A stretch of DNA of 64,000 bases from an uncultured Planctomycetota bacterium. GTDB lineage: Bacteria > Planctomycetota > PLA2 > JAEUHO01. The stretch is taken from NCBI GenBank assembly GCA_963752285.1, contig CAVVXN010000001.1, positions 512,001-576,000 of the forward strand, given 5' to 3'. The position numbers and the translations under genes are program-made. This document shows, piece after piece, positions 23,661 through 32,941 of this stretch. Numbering within the stretch: position 1 is the first letter of the stretch; the number at the start of each line of letters is the position of its first letter. Below the pieces are notes generated by a model. It saw only the letters and a list, made by a program, of their open reading frames with translations, was not told the origin of the DNA and ran no database searches.

Positions 23661-25028
23661 TCAGGCCACCGGGCGGTGGATGTCGTAGCGCTTGATCTTC
23701 TCGTAGAGCGTCGAGCGGTCGATGCCGAGGATCTCGGCCGCGGCCTTCACGTTCCCCTCCGTGCGCTCGAGCGTGGTCTCGATCGCGCGGCGCTCGATGT
23801 CCCTGAGGCTCATGTTGGCGGGCGGCGCCCAGCCCGTGCGCTCCTCCTGGCGGCGCTTGAGGAACGAGAAGTCGTCCTCGGTCAGGATGCGGTCCCGCGC
23901 GATCACGATGGCGCGTTCGATGGCGTTCACGAGCTCGCGCACGTTGCCCGGCCAGTCGTACGAGGCGAGGAGACGCAGCGCGGGTTCCGAGATGTCGGTC
24001 ACCTCCTTGCCGAGCTCCGCGGAGATCCGCTCGACGGAGCTGCGCGCCAGGAGCGGGATGTCCTCCACGCGCTCGCGAAGCGGCGGGATGTGGATGGTGA
24101 TCACGTTCAGTCGGTAGAAGAGGTCGTCACGGAACTTGCCCTCGCGTACGGCCTCCTGCAGGTTCACGTTCGAGGCGGCCACGACGCGGACGTCCACCTC
24201 GATCTCGTCGTTGCCCCCGACGCGGCAGAAGCGGCGCTCCTGCAGCACCCGCAGCAGCTCCACCTGGAGCTTCGGCGAGATGTCCCCGATCTCGTCGAGG
24301 AAGATCGTGCCTCCGTTCGCCTGCTCGAACTTCCCCTTGCGCTGCCCGACGGCGCCCGTGAAGGCCCCCTTCTCGTGGCCGAAGAGCTCCGACTCGAGCA
24401 GGGTCTCGGCGAGCGCGGTGCAGGGGACGGCGACGAACGGCGCGTCCTTTCGTTCGCTCGAGGCGTGGATCGCGCGGGCCACCATCTCCTTGCCCGTCCC
24501 GCTCTCGCCCTGGATGAGCACGGTGCTCCGGAGACCGCCGACGTTCTCGACGAGGGCGAAGATCTCGTGCATCGTCGCGCTCTTGCTCACCATGTCGTGA
24601 AAGGTCCACTGTTTGGCGAGTCGCTTCCGGAGCAGGAGGTTCTCCCGCTGGAGGTTCTTGATCCGGAGGATCCGGTCCACGATGAGGGAGAGCTCGTTCG
24701 GGTTGCAGGGCTTGACGATGTACTCCTGCGCGCCCTCCTTGATGGCCGTCACCGCCGTGTCCACCGTCGCGTAGGCCGTCACGATCACGATCGCCGCGTC
24801 CGGCTGCATCGTGCGGATCTCGCGCATCGTCTCGATGCCGTCCATTCCGGGGGGCATCTTGAGGTCGAGGAAGTACACGACGTACTCGCGGGCCCGCGCC
24901 TTCTCGACCGCCTCCTCGCCCGAGGCCGCGGTCTCGACGGCGTGGCCGTCCTCGCTCAGCCAGACGGCGATGGACTCGCGTTGGACCGGCTCGTCGTCCA
25001 CGACCAGGATGCGGGCTCTCGTGTTCAT
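23661..25028 (-). CDS. sigma54-dependent response regulator (NtrC/AtoC family)
   Basis: Receiver (VVDDE, DLKMP), AAA+ GESGTGKE, GAFTGA, FLDEIG, WPGNVREL, Fis-type HTH. Confidence 0.95.
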   Translation of the reverse strand: MNTRARILVVDDEPVQRESIAVWLSEDGHAVETAASGEEAVEKARAREYVVYFLDLKMPPGMDGIETMREIRTMQPDAAIVIVTAYATVDTAVTAIKEGAQEYIVKPCNPNELSLIVDRILRIKNLQRENLLLRKRLAKQWTFHDMVSKSATMHEIFALVENVGGLRSTVLIQGESGTGKEMVARAIHASSERKDAPFVAVPCTALAETLLESELFGHEKGAFTGAVGQRKGKFEQANGGTIFLDEIGDISPKLQVELLRVLQERRFCRVGGNDEIEVDVRVVAASNVNLQEAVREGKFRDDLFYRLNVITIHIPPLRERVEDIPLLARSSVERISAELGKEVTDISEPALRLLASYDWPGNVRELVNAIERAIVIARDRILTEDDFSFLKRRQEERTGWAPPANMSLRDIERRAIETTLERTEGNVKAAAEILGIDRSTLYEKIKRYDIHRPVA

Positions 25029-25041
25029 GGTGCGCTCGGTT

Positions 25042-26709
25042 TCATGGTGCGCTCCTCTCGGGGCCCGGCGGTTCGGGCGGGGCCGGTGCGGCCGGCTCCG
25101 GCGGCGCCGCGCGCTTGAGCGAGACGGGATGGAGCGGCAGCCGGACGGTGAACGTGGCGCCGTTCCCGAGCTCGCTCCTCACGCTCAGCCGCCCGCCGTG
25201 GGCCTGCACGATCCCGTAGGCGACCGACAGCCCCAGCCCGACGCCCTTCGCGCCCTGCTTCGTGGAGAAGAACGGGTCGAAGATCCGGGAGACGATGTCC
25301 GCGGCGATGCCCGGGCCCGAGTCCTTGACCTCGAGCAGGACCATGTCGGAATCGACGTCGAGCCCCGTCGAGACGGCGAGGCGCCCGCCGTCCTTCATCG
25401 CCTCGACGGCGTTCAGCGCGAGGTTCATGACGACCTGCTCGATCTGCGAGGCGTCGCAGGGGACGGGCGGGAGGCCGGGGGCGAGCGAGAGGACGAGCTC
25501 GATCCGGGAGAGCTCCACGCGGTGCTCCACGATCTCGAGCGTGACCTCGACGATCTGGTTCAGGTCGGCGTGCGCGCGCTGCGGCGTGGAGCGTCGCGAG
25601 AAGGCGAGCAGGTCGCGCACGATCTTGCCCGCGCGCGCGGACTCGTCGGCGATCTGGCCGAGGTGGCGCCGGAACGCCGGCAGGCGGTCCGCGGGGACCC
25701 CGTCCTCGCCGAGGATCCGCTGGAGGAACATCGCCAGGTTGTGGACCGCCGAGATGGGGTTGTTGACCTCGTGGGCGACGCTCGCCGAGAGCTGTCCGAG
25801 GGAGGCCAAGCGGTCGCTCTGGACCAGCGCGGCCTGCGCGACCTCGAGCTTTCGGGTGCGCACCTCGACCTCCTGCTCGAGCCTGTCGGTGAAGCGTGCG
25901 TTCGCGTCCCGCGCTTCGCGCAGGCGTTCCCGCATCGTCTCGAACGACGCCGCCAGGTCGCCGAGCTCGGTGTGGGTCCGGACCCGGATCGGGTGGTCGA
26001 GGTCTTGCGCCGCCACCCTCCGCGTGCTCTCGATGAGGTCGCGGATCGGCCGCGCGACGAACCGCGACACGAAGAAGGTGATCAGCGCTCCGATCACCAG
26101 CACCTTGAGCACCGCGAGCCCCGCGGCTCGCGCCTGCATGTTCGAGAGCTCCTGGTCGAGATGGCCGAGGTCGAGGGCCACGTCGAGCACGCCGAGCACC
26201 CGGTGCCGCGGGTCGTGGGCGTGGCACGCCGTCGTGCTGCACGAGGGCTCGTTGAAGAAGGCCGTGACCATGGCGATCACGCGGTGCCCGTCGGGGGCGT
26301 CGAAGAACCGCGCGCGGCGTTCCGGGGCGATCTGGACCTCGGGCGGGTTCGTGCGGTGGCACACCTGGCAGGCGTCCGACTCGAGCCCGGCCGTCGGGGC
26401 GACCACGGGGTCCGTCGAGTAGGTGACGCGCCCCGTCCGGTTGAAGAGGCGGATCGAGCGGACCCCGTGGCGCGTCGCGATGGCGCGCATCACGTCGTAC
26501 GCGTCCTCCTTGCGGCCCGCCTGCATCGCGTGCCAGGTGGCGCTCGTGATGCTCCGGGAGAGCTGGTCCGCGGCCTGGATCTTCTCCTCGACGACCTGCC
26601 GCTCCAGCTCCGTGGCGCTCATCCAGGCCGAGAACCCGCACTCGATGGCCACGAAGAGGGTGAGAGCCAGGATCAGTCTCGGGGCGAGCCGGCGCGAGAA
26701 CCACCTCAT
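25042..26709 (-). CDS. sensor histidine kinase with HAMP and periplasmic haem-c motifs
   Basis: Two TMs; CQVCH and CSTTACH in the sensor domain; HAMP; AHEVNNP, NLALNA, DSGPGI, GVGLGL. Confidence 0.92.
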   Translation of the reverse strand: MRWFSRRLAPRLILALTLFVAIECGFSAWMSATELERQVVEEKIQAADQLSRSITSATWHAMQAGRKEDAYDVMRAIATRHGVRSIRLFNRTGRVTYSTDPVVAPTAGLESDACQVCHRTNPPEVQIAPERRARFFDAPDGHRVIAMVTAFFNEPSCSTTACHAHDPRHRVLGVLDVALDLGHLDQELSNMQARAAGLAVLKVLVIGALITFFVSRFVARPIRDLIESTRRVAAQDLDHPIRVRTHTELGDLAASFETMRERLREARDANARFTDRLEQEVEVRTRKLEVAQAALVQSDRLASLGQLSASVAHEVNNPISAVHNLAMFLQRILGEDGVPADRLPAFRRHLGQIADESARAGKIVRDLLAFSRRSTPQRAHADLNQIVEVTLEIVEHRVELSRIELVLSLAPGLPPVPCDASQIEQVVMNLALNAVEAMKDGGRLAVSTGLDVDSDMVLLEVKDSGPGIAADIVSRIFDPFFSTKQGAKGVGLGLSVAYGIVQAHGGRLSVRSELGNGATFTVRLPLHPVSLKRAAPPEPAAPAPPEPPGPERSAP

Positions 26710-26915
26710 CGTCCGTCCGTCCCGCCTGCGCTTCCGAGGGGTCGGCGCGATCGCTGCATGGCTCGCTCTTGGGGAGCGCGCGCGGCGCGGTCCCGGTTGC
26801 CACATCGTACCCGCGGCCGTGTCGTGAGCCGTCTCGCGACGCGGTGCTCCGTGGGATTCAGTCGAGGTAAGCCCTTCGGACGCAAACGAACGTCACCCTC
26901 CTCGCGACGCGCCGC

Positions 26916-26953
26916 TGTCGGCGAATCCGACCCGCGCGTCTGGGATTCCGGCA
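26916..26953. promoter_or_regulatory. putative tandem upstream activator sites for the sigma54 activator
   Basis: Imperfect palindromes TGTCGGCGAATCCGACC (26916-26932) and CGTCTGGGATTCCGGCA (26937-26953), starts 21 bp apart, about 100 bp upstream of the -24/-12 element. Confidence 0.5.
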
Positions 26954-27052
26954 CCGCCGCGCGCGGTCCACGACCGGGTGCCGGTGCGCCTGCCGACGCA
27001 TGTGTCGTGGGTGCCACGAGATGCGTCGATGTGCGCGCGGCGAACGCCCGCG

Positions 27053-27067
27053 GGGCACGGGTCGTGC
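27053..27067 (+). promoter_or_regulatory. putative sigma54 -24/-12 promoter
   Basis: GGGCACGGGTCGTGC matches TGGCACG-N4-TTGC with exact GG-N10-GC spacing; adjacent divergent sigma54 regulator. Confidence 0.6.
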
Positions 27068-27124
27068 CGGTGCGAGGGTCGGGAAGGGCACAACGAGCCC
27101 TTCCCTCCGACCCGGAGAGCCGCC

Positions 27125-27379
27125 ATGCACGTCATCGCCGCCTCGCTCGACGCGCTCCTGATCCTGAACGTGGTGCTCGCGGCGCTCGTCGCGGGCGCCG
27201 TCGTGAGCGTCGCCGTCGCCGTCGCGCTCGACCTCGCGGAGCGCCGCCGGTGGCGGGTGATGGTCCCGCCGTGCTGGCCACCCCCCGGCGTGGACCCACG
27301 TGACGCGTACGCCGACGAGCTCCGGCGGCCGCCGACCCGTTCCGGGCGGGCCCCGAGCCACGGAGGAGGGAAGCGATGA
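27125..27379 (+). CDS. small single-TM hypothetical protein
   Basis: GGAGAG RBS before ATG; hydrophobic N-terminus; stop overlaps the next ATG (ATGA). Confidence 0.55.
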   Translation: MHVIAASLDALLILNVVLAALVAGAVVSVAVAVALDLAERRRWRVMVPPCWPPPGVDPRDAYADELRRPPTRSGRAPSHGGGKR

Positions 27380-28197
27380 GTCAAGAAACCGCCACGGCGA
27401 GCGCCCAGAGCCACGGGCTGCTCTTCGACATGGTGCGGTGCGCCGGATGCCGGAAGTGCATCGGCGCGTGCCTCGAGAAGCAGGGGTTCCCCGGCGATCC
27501 GAAGGACGTGAAGGAACTCTCCGCCCACGCCTACACCGCGATGACCGACTTCGACGACCACCATCTCCGGAACATGTGCCGGCACTGCCTCGTGCCCTCG
27601 TGCGCGAGCGTCTGCCCGGTCGGCGCGCTCCAGAAGACCGCCGAGGGCCCGGTGACCTACGACAAGGACAAGTGCATCGGGTGTCGCTACTGCATGATCG
27701 CGTGCCCGTTCAACATCCCGCGGTACGAGTGGAACGAGCCCGTTCCCGCGGTCCGCAAGTGCGACATGTGCATCGACCGGATCCGCAAAGGCGAGGTGCC
27801 GGCGTGCGCGGCGGCCTGCCCCTACGAGGCGACGGTGTTCGGCACCCGCGAGGAGCTCCTCGAGATGGCGCACGCGCGCATCGAGGAGGACCCGGATGAG
27901 TACTACGACCACGTCTACGGCGAGCACGAGATCGGCGGGACGTCGGTGCTCTTCCTGGCGCCGAAGCCCGAGCCGGCGATCGGATACAAGCCGATCCTCG
28001 GCGACAAGCCGCTGCCGGGACTCACGATGAAGCAGCTCGACCGGCTCCCCGCGATCATCGTCGGGGGGAGCGCGGCGATGCTCGCGATCTGGTGGATCAC
28101 GAACCGACGCGACGAGGTTCGCGCCTGGGAGGCCAGCCGGTCCGACGAGGCGGGCTGGCGTCCGATCGACGGGAGGAACGGCCATGACCGCGCCTAG
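27376..28197 (+). CDS. hybA: 4x[4Fe-4S] electron-transfer protein (HybA/FdnH/HmcB-like) with C-terminal TM
   Basis: CAGCRKCIGAC, CRHCLVPSCASVCP, CIGCRYCMIACP, KCDMC..PACAAACP; YGEHEIGGTSVL. Confidence 0.85.
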   Translation: MSQETATASAQSHGLLFDMVRCAGCRKCIGACLEKQGFPGDPKDVKELSAHAYTAMTDFDDHHLRNMCRHCLVPSCASVCPVGALQKTAEGPVTYDKDKCIGCRYCMIACPFNIPRYEWNEPVPAVRKCDMCIDRIRKGEVPACAAACPYEATVFGTREELLEMAHARIEEDPDEYYDHVYGEHEIGGTSVLFLAPKPEPAIGYKPILGDKPLPGLTMKQLDRLPAIIVGGSAAMLAIWWITNRRDEVRAWEASRSDEAGWRPIDGRNGHDRA

Positions 28198-29455
28198 CGT
28201 TCGCGAGAAGCCCTACCGGCTGAGCTTCTGGAAGGGCATGTTCTTCGTCATCGTGGCCGTGGGCCTCGGCGCGACGATCGTGCGCATGATCGAGGGGCTG
28301 GGGGCCGTCACGAACCTCTCCGACAAGTACCCGTGGGGGCTCTGGAAGGCCTTCAACGTCCTCGTGGCGATCGGCCTCGGGGGGGCCGGGTTCACGATCA
28401 TGGGCACGGTGTACGTGTTCAACGCGCGCCGGTACCGTGCGATCGTGAGGCCGGTCGTGCTGATGGCCTTCCTGGCGTACCTGAGCGCGTCCTTCTCGCT
28501 CTTCCTCGACATCGGGAAGCCCTGGGCGATCTGGCACCCGATCGTCATGTGGAACCCCCACTCGGTCCTCTTCGAGGTCGCGTGGTGCCTGATGCTCTAC
28601 ACGTGCGTGCTCACCTTGGAGGGGTCGGGCATGCTCTTCGAGCGGTGGAAGTGGCACCGGATGGCGCGCATCCAGCACGCGGTGACGCTACCGATCGTGA
28701 TCCTGGGCGTCGTGCTCTCCACGCTGCACCAGTCGTCGCTCGGCGCGCTCTTCCTCATCGTTCCCGGGAAGCTCCACGGGCTCTGGTACACGGAGCTGCT
28801 GCCGCTCCTCTTCTTCATCTCCGCGATCTGCATGGGACTGGCCATGGTGGTGGTCCTCGCCCGTCTGGCCACGCGGGGGCTCGGGCACGCGATCGACCCG
28901 ACGGTGCTCGGGCGTCTGGCTCGGATCCTCGTCGCGATGCTCTGGGTCTACGGCGTGACGCGCGTCTACGACCTGGGCGTGAAGGGCAACCTGCCGCTCG
29001 CGTTCCGCTTCGACTACGAGTCCGTCATGTTCCTCGTCGAGTTCGCGCTCGGCGTGGTCCTGCCCGCGGTGCTCCTGACGTTCCCGAAGATCCGGACCAG
29101 CGCGAAGGGACTCTACGCGAGCGGCGTCCTCGTGATCTTCGGCTTCATCGCGAACCGGCTCAACGTGAGCATCACCGGGTTCGAGGCGGCGCAGGGCGGA
29201 CACTACGTCCCCGCGTGGCCCGAGATGTTCGTCACCCTGATGGTCGTCGCGCTCTGCTTCGGCGCCTACACCTTCGGCGCGCGGTACCTGGACGTGTTCG
29301 CCTCGAACGGGCACGACCACGGGCGAAGCCCGCTCGGCCCGCACGGCGGCGGGGACCGGCGCGGCCGGGCGCGGCCGCCGGCGCGCGTCGAGGCCGACAT
29401 CGCCCCCTGGGAGCGCCGGATCCGCGGCGCGGTGCCGGATCCGCGTCGCAACTGA
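28184..29455 (+). CDS. hybB: NrfD/PsrC-family membrane subunit (HybB/HmcC-like)
   Basis: GLGAVTNLSDKYPWGLW, DIGKPW, SVLFEVAWC, LSTLHQSSLG, NRLNV; many TMs. Confidence 0.88.
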   Translation: MTAPSVREKPYRLSFWKGMFFVIVAVGLGATIVRMIEGLGAVTNLSDKYPWGLWKAFNVLVAIGLGGAGFTIMGTVYVFNARRYRAIVRPVVLMAFLAYLSASFSLFLDIGKPWAIWHPIVMWNPHSVLFEVAWCLMLYTCVLTLEGSGMLFERWKWHRMARIQHAVTLPIVILGVVLSTLHQSSLGALFLIVPGKLHGLWYTELLPLLFFISAICMGLAMVVVLARLATRGLGHAIDPTVLGRLARILVAMLWVYGVTRVYDLGVKGNLPLAFRFDYESVMFLVEFALGVVLPAVLLTFPKIRTSAKGLYASGVLVIFGFIANRLNVSITGFEAAQGGHYVPAWPEMFVTLMVVALCFGAYTFGARYLDVFASNGHDHGRSPLGPHGGGDRRGRARPPARVEADIAPWERRIRGAVPDPRRN

Positions 29456-29482
29456 GGGGGGGCTCGCCCTCCGGCCGACGCG

Positions 29483-30898
29483 TCAGCGCGCGCCGCCGCC
29501 CGCCCGGGCCGCGGCGCGCGCGTCCGTTCGGCAGTCGTCGCGGCTCGCGATCACGTCCATCTCGCCGCGCCCGTCGAGCGCGCGGCGCAAGGCGTCCACG
29601 CCTTTTGCCACCTGGTCCCGCTCCCGTTCGGGGAAGCGGAGTCGGATCGTCATGTCGCAGCGGTCTCCCTCGATGGCGCCGACGAGGCGCGGCGCGAGGA
29701 GGTCCACGATCTCCGACGCGTGCTGGAACCGGTCGGCGGGGCGCTTCTTCGTCGTGCGGCGGATCACCTCCGCGACGTCCTCCGGCACGTTCACAATCCG
29801 CTCCGCGGGGTCCGGGAACGGCTCCTTCAGATGGGCGTCGAAGATCCGCTCGATCTCGCGGTACGGGAACGGGGAACAGCCGGTGAGCAGGCGGTAGGCC
29901 GTCGCGCCGAGCGAGTAGAGGTCGGAGCGCCCGTCCACGGGTCGGCCCTCGATCGCCTCGGGCGCCACGTACGCGGGGCTGCAGAGCAGCTCTTCGTCCG
30001 GGTCGGTCTTCCGGTCCACCTGCCCGGTCGCGATGCCGAAGTCCACGAGGCGCAGGCTGCCGTCGGGGAGGAGGAAGAGGTTGCTCGGCTTGAGGTCGCG
30101 GTGCACGACGCCGAGGTCGTGGGCGTACGCGAGCGCCGAGGCGACCTCGTAGAGCACGCGACGCACGGCGTCGCCGTCGAGCGGGCCCTCGCGCGTCAGG
30201 TGTCGCTCGAGGTCGGTCCCCTCGAGCCGCTCCATGACGATGAAGTAGGTTCGGTACGCCTCCTCCATGTCGTAGACCTGCACGATGTTCTCGTGGCGGA
30301 GGGAGGCGAGGACGCGGGCCTCGTTCCGGAAGCGCTGGCACATGTCGCCGTGGAAGACGAGCGAGTGCGAGAGCATCTTCACGGCGACGGGTCGTCGCAT
30401 CTCGACGTGGTAGCCCTCGAACACCGTGGCCATGCTGCCGCGGCCGAGCACCCCGACGAGGTGGTACTTGCCCACCCGGCGCATCGTGTCCGACTCGAGG
30501 ATCCGTCTCCCCAGGATCTCGGTCAGGAACGCGGCCAGCGGGGGGTGGGCGCGGAGCTGCGCTTCCAGGTGCTCCCGCTCGATCACCATGCAGGAGCATT
30601 CGGAGACCGCCACCACGTCCGCGGTGCGGGGCTGCCCCGTGAGGAGCGCCATCTCGCCGAAGAGGTCACCCTGGCCGAGGTGCGTGGTGAAGCGGACGCG
30701 GCCGTCGTCGCCGGGGACGCGGATCTCGACCTGGCCCTCCAGGATCACGAACATCGCGTCGCCCGGCTCCCCGCACCGGACGATCGTGGTCCCCGGCGGG
30801 TACACCCTCCGCTCCGAGCGCTCCAGCAGGCGGTGGGCCTCCTCGCGCGACAGGGTGTGGAACGCGTCGAGGCTGCGGAGGAAGGTGAGCTCGGCCAT
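29483..30898 (-). CDS. cyclic-nucleotide-binding domain + Ser/Thr protein kinase
   Basis: cNMP cassette FGEMALLTGQPRTADV; kinase LGRGSMATV, VAVK, HRDLKPSN, DFG, APE, SDLYSLG. No TM seen. Confidence 0.92.
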   Translation of the reverse strand: MAELTFLRSLDAFHTLSREEAHRLLERSERRVYPPGTTIVRCGEPGDAMFVILEGQVEIRVPGDDGRVRFTTHLGQGDLFGEMALLTGQPRTADVVAVSECSCMVIEREHLEAQLRAHPPLAAFLTEILGRRILESDTMRRVGKYHLVGVLGRGSMATVFEGYHVEMRRPVAVKMLSHSLVFHGDMCQRFRNEARVLASLRHENIVQVYDMEEAYRTYFIVMERLEGTDLERHLTREGPLDGDAVRRVLYEVASALAYAHDLGVVHRDLKPSNLFLLPDGSLRLVDFGIATGQVDRKTDPDEELLCSPAYVAPEAIEGRPVDGRSDLYSLGATAYRLLTGCSPFPYREIERIFDAHLKEPFPDPAERIVNVPEDVAEVIRRTTKKRPADRFQHASEIVDLLAPRLVGAIEGDRCDMTIRLRFPERERDQVAKGVDALRRALDGRGEMDVIASRDDCRTDARAAARAGGGAR

Positions 30899-31049
30899 GT
30901 CCACGGAATGATACCGCCCGCCCGCGCCCGGATCGGCCCCCTCTGATCGTCCAACCGCCGCCCGAGGCTTGACCGAGTTCGACGGGGGCGGAATCGTTCG
31001 GATCGCCCCGCCCGGGCCCCCGGACCCGTTCTGGTATCTTCCCGGCCCC

Positions 31050-32162
31050 ATGGAAGCGCGCGCCGTCTTCGATCAGAGCCTCGGGTACTTCCTTCGCCCC
31101 ATCGCCGACCTGTTGGACGACGCGTCCGTCAGCGAGGTGATGATCAACGGCCCGGACACGATCTACGTGGAGCGGAAGGGCAAGCTCGAGCGGGTCCCGA
31201 ACCGGTTCCCGGGCCACCACGACCTCCTCGCGTGCGCCCGCAACATCGCGCAGTTCTCGGGCAAGCGGATCGACGAGTTCGTCCCCCGATTCGACGGGCG
31301 GCTCCCCGACGGCTCCCGCGTGCACGTGGTCCTGCCGCCGTGCGGGCGGAACGGGATCACGGTCGCGATCCGCAAGTTCTCGAAGTCCACGCTCACCCTC
31401 GACCGTCTCGTCGAGTACGGATCGCTCTCGCCCCAGGGGCGCGAGCTCCTGGGCCTCCTCGTCTCCCTCGACAAGAACATCGTCGTCTCGGGGGGGACGG
31501 GCAGCGGGAAGACGGCGCTCCTGAACGCGCTCTCCGGGGCCATTCCCGGCCACGACCGGATCATCGTGATCGAGGACACCTCGGAGCTGCAGCTCCAGCA
31601 GGAGCACGTGGTCTCGCTCGAGGCGCGGGCTGCCGACCGGTACGGCCGGGGCGCCGTGACGATCCGGGACCTACTGCACTCCTCCCTGCGTCTGCGGCCG
31701 GACCGGATCATCGTCGGCGAGTGCCGCGGCGGCGAGGCGCTCGACATGATGCAGGCGATGAACTCGGGGCACGCGGGGTCCATGACCACCCTCCACGCGA
31801 ACAGCCCGCGCGACGCGCTGGCCCGCCTCGAGACCCTGGCCCTGCAGGCGGACGTGGAGATCCCGCTCCTCGCCATGCGGGCCCAGATCGCCTCCGCGGT
31901 GCACGTGATCCTGCAGACCGACCGGCTGTCGGACGGGAGCCGCAAGGTGGTGAACGTCAGCGAGGTCCTCCCGCTCGACACCGAGGGCCGCTACCAGACC
32001 CAGGACGTGATGACCTTCGTCCACGAGGGGAAGGACCCCCTCGGGAAGGTGCTCGGCCAGCACCGGCTCGCGAGCCAGGTCCCCACGTTCTGGCCGGAGG
32101 TCGCCGCCCGGGGGTTCGCCGCCTCCCTCGTCCATCTGAAGGACGCGTACGCGGCCGCGTAA
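31050..32162 (+). CDS. cpaF: CpaF/TadA pilus assembly ATPase (short form)
   Basis: VSEVMING, RLPDGSRV, Walker A GGTGSGKT, IEDTSEL, LRLRPDRIIVGECRG, MNSGH, TLHAN. Confidence 0.93.
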   Translation: MEARAVFDQSLGYFLRPIADLLDDASVSEVMINGPDTIYVERKGKLERVPNRFPGHHDLLACARNIAQFSGKRIDEFVPRFDGRLPDGSRVHVVLPPCGRNGITVAIRKFSKSTLTLDRLVEYGSLSPQGRELLGLLVSLDKNIVVSGGTGSGKTALLNALSGAIPGHDRIIVIEDTSELQLQQEHVVSLEARAADRYGRGAVTIRDLLHSSLRLRPDRIIVGECRGGEALDMMQAMNSGHAGSMTTLHANSPRDALARLETLALQADVEIPLLAMRAQIASAVHVILQTDRLSDGSRKVVNVSEVLPLDTEGRYQTQDVMTFVHEGKDPLGKVLGQHRLASQVPTFWPEVAARGFAASLVHLKDAYAAA

Positions 32163-32244
32163 GTCGTGGCCCGCCCGTTTCCAACGGGCGGGGTTTGGGT
32201 CGAAGGTCCCGAGACGGGTGGGGTGGCCATCGGCTCGGGGTTCG

Positions 32245-32273
32245 TTGATTCTGACTCGCGGGATCCGTACGAT
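32245..32273 (+). promoter_or_regulatory. putative sigma70 promoter of the pilin/tad operon
   Basis: TTGATT-17 bp-TACGAT in the intergenic gap upstream of the pilin genes. Confidence 0.55.
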
Positions 32274-32378
32274 CCCGCCCCCCCGCGGTCCCTCGGGGTG
32301 GGGCGCCGCGGGTCTTGGATGGTGGTCTCTCGCGGCCGGCTGGCACGAGCTCGGCGGCCGGGATGGGAGGAGTTCGGG

Positions 32379-32594
32379 ATGGCGAAGCGGAGGTCGGTGG
32401 CCGGGGTCGTGGGGCGGCTCGGACGGGCCCTCCACGGGCTCCACGCCGACGAGCGGGCGACCTCGGACGTGGAGTACATCCTCCTCACGGCCATGGTGGT
32501 CCTCCCGCTCTTCGCCGTCCCTCCGCTCATCATGTCCGCGAACGTGGATTTCTTCGACCGGGTCGAGCCTTGGGTCGACCTCCCCTTCCCCTGA
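32379..32594 (+). CDS. Flp-like pilin (probable minor pilin)
   Basis: GGAGGAG RBS; LHADERA^TSDVEY followed by a hydrophobic helix; 71 aa. Confidence 0.75.
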   Translation: MAKRRSVAGVVGRLGRALHGLHADERATSDVEYILLTAMVVLPLFAVPPLIMSANVDFFDRVEPWVDLPFP

Positions 32595-32629
32595 TCCGTC
32601 CGGGTGGGGGCGACACTCTAGGAGAACGC

Positions 32630-32863
32630 ATGCTGACGAGGCAGAAGGTGGTGGACGCGCTGGAGCGCCTCCACCGAGACGAGCAGGGCGACGAGGGCGT
32701 CAACAAGATCCTGATCATCGCGATGATCGTGATCCCCCTCGTGATCGTCCTGATCGCGTTCGGCGGGACGATCAAGGAATTCTTCGTCAAGGCCTGGGAA
32801 GACCTGACCGGACACAGCGTGGGCGAGGCGACGTTCGGCTCCGGCGGCGGCACGGGTCCCTAA
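32630..32863 (+). CDS. Flp-like pilin (probable major pilin, atypical +5 residue)
   Basis: AGGAGA RBS; LHRDEQG^DEGVNKILIIAMIVIPLVIVLIAF; 77 aa; followed by a hairpin and the prepilin peptidase gene. Confidence 0.75.
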   Translation: MLTRQKVVDALERLHRDEQGDEGVNKILIIAMIVIPLVIVLIAFGGTIKEFFVKAWEDLTGHSVGEATFGSGGGTGP

Positions 32864-32883
32864 CGGCCGCTCGCGGGGCGGGC

Positions 32884-32915
32884 CGGGGGACCGGGAACGG
32901 CTCCCCGGTCTCCCG
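32884..32915 (+). terminator. GC-rich stem-loop after pilin gene (attenuator or mRNA stabiliser)
   Basis: CGGGGGACCGGG-8 nt-CCCGGTCTCCCG, 12-bp stem with one G-U pair; no U-tract. Confidence 0.45.
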
Positions 32916-32941
32916 ACGCCATCGACTTCGGGAAGGCCTCC

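Noticed and set aside
27376..29455. Calling the hybA/hybB-like pair a hydrogenase operon
   Set aside because: No NiFe large or small subunit or maturation genes in the window.
32340..32355. Possible sigma54 site CTGGCACGAGCTCGGC before pilin 1
   Set aside because: The -12 element is poor and the implied TSS would fall on the RBS; a better sigma70 promoter lies at 32245-32273.
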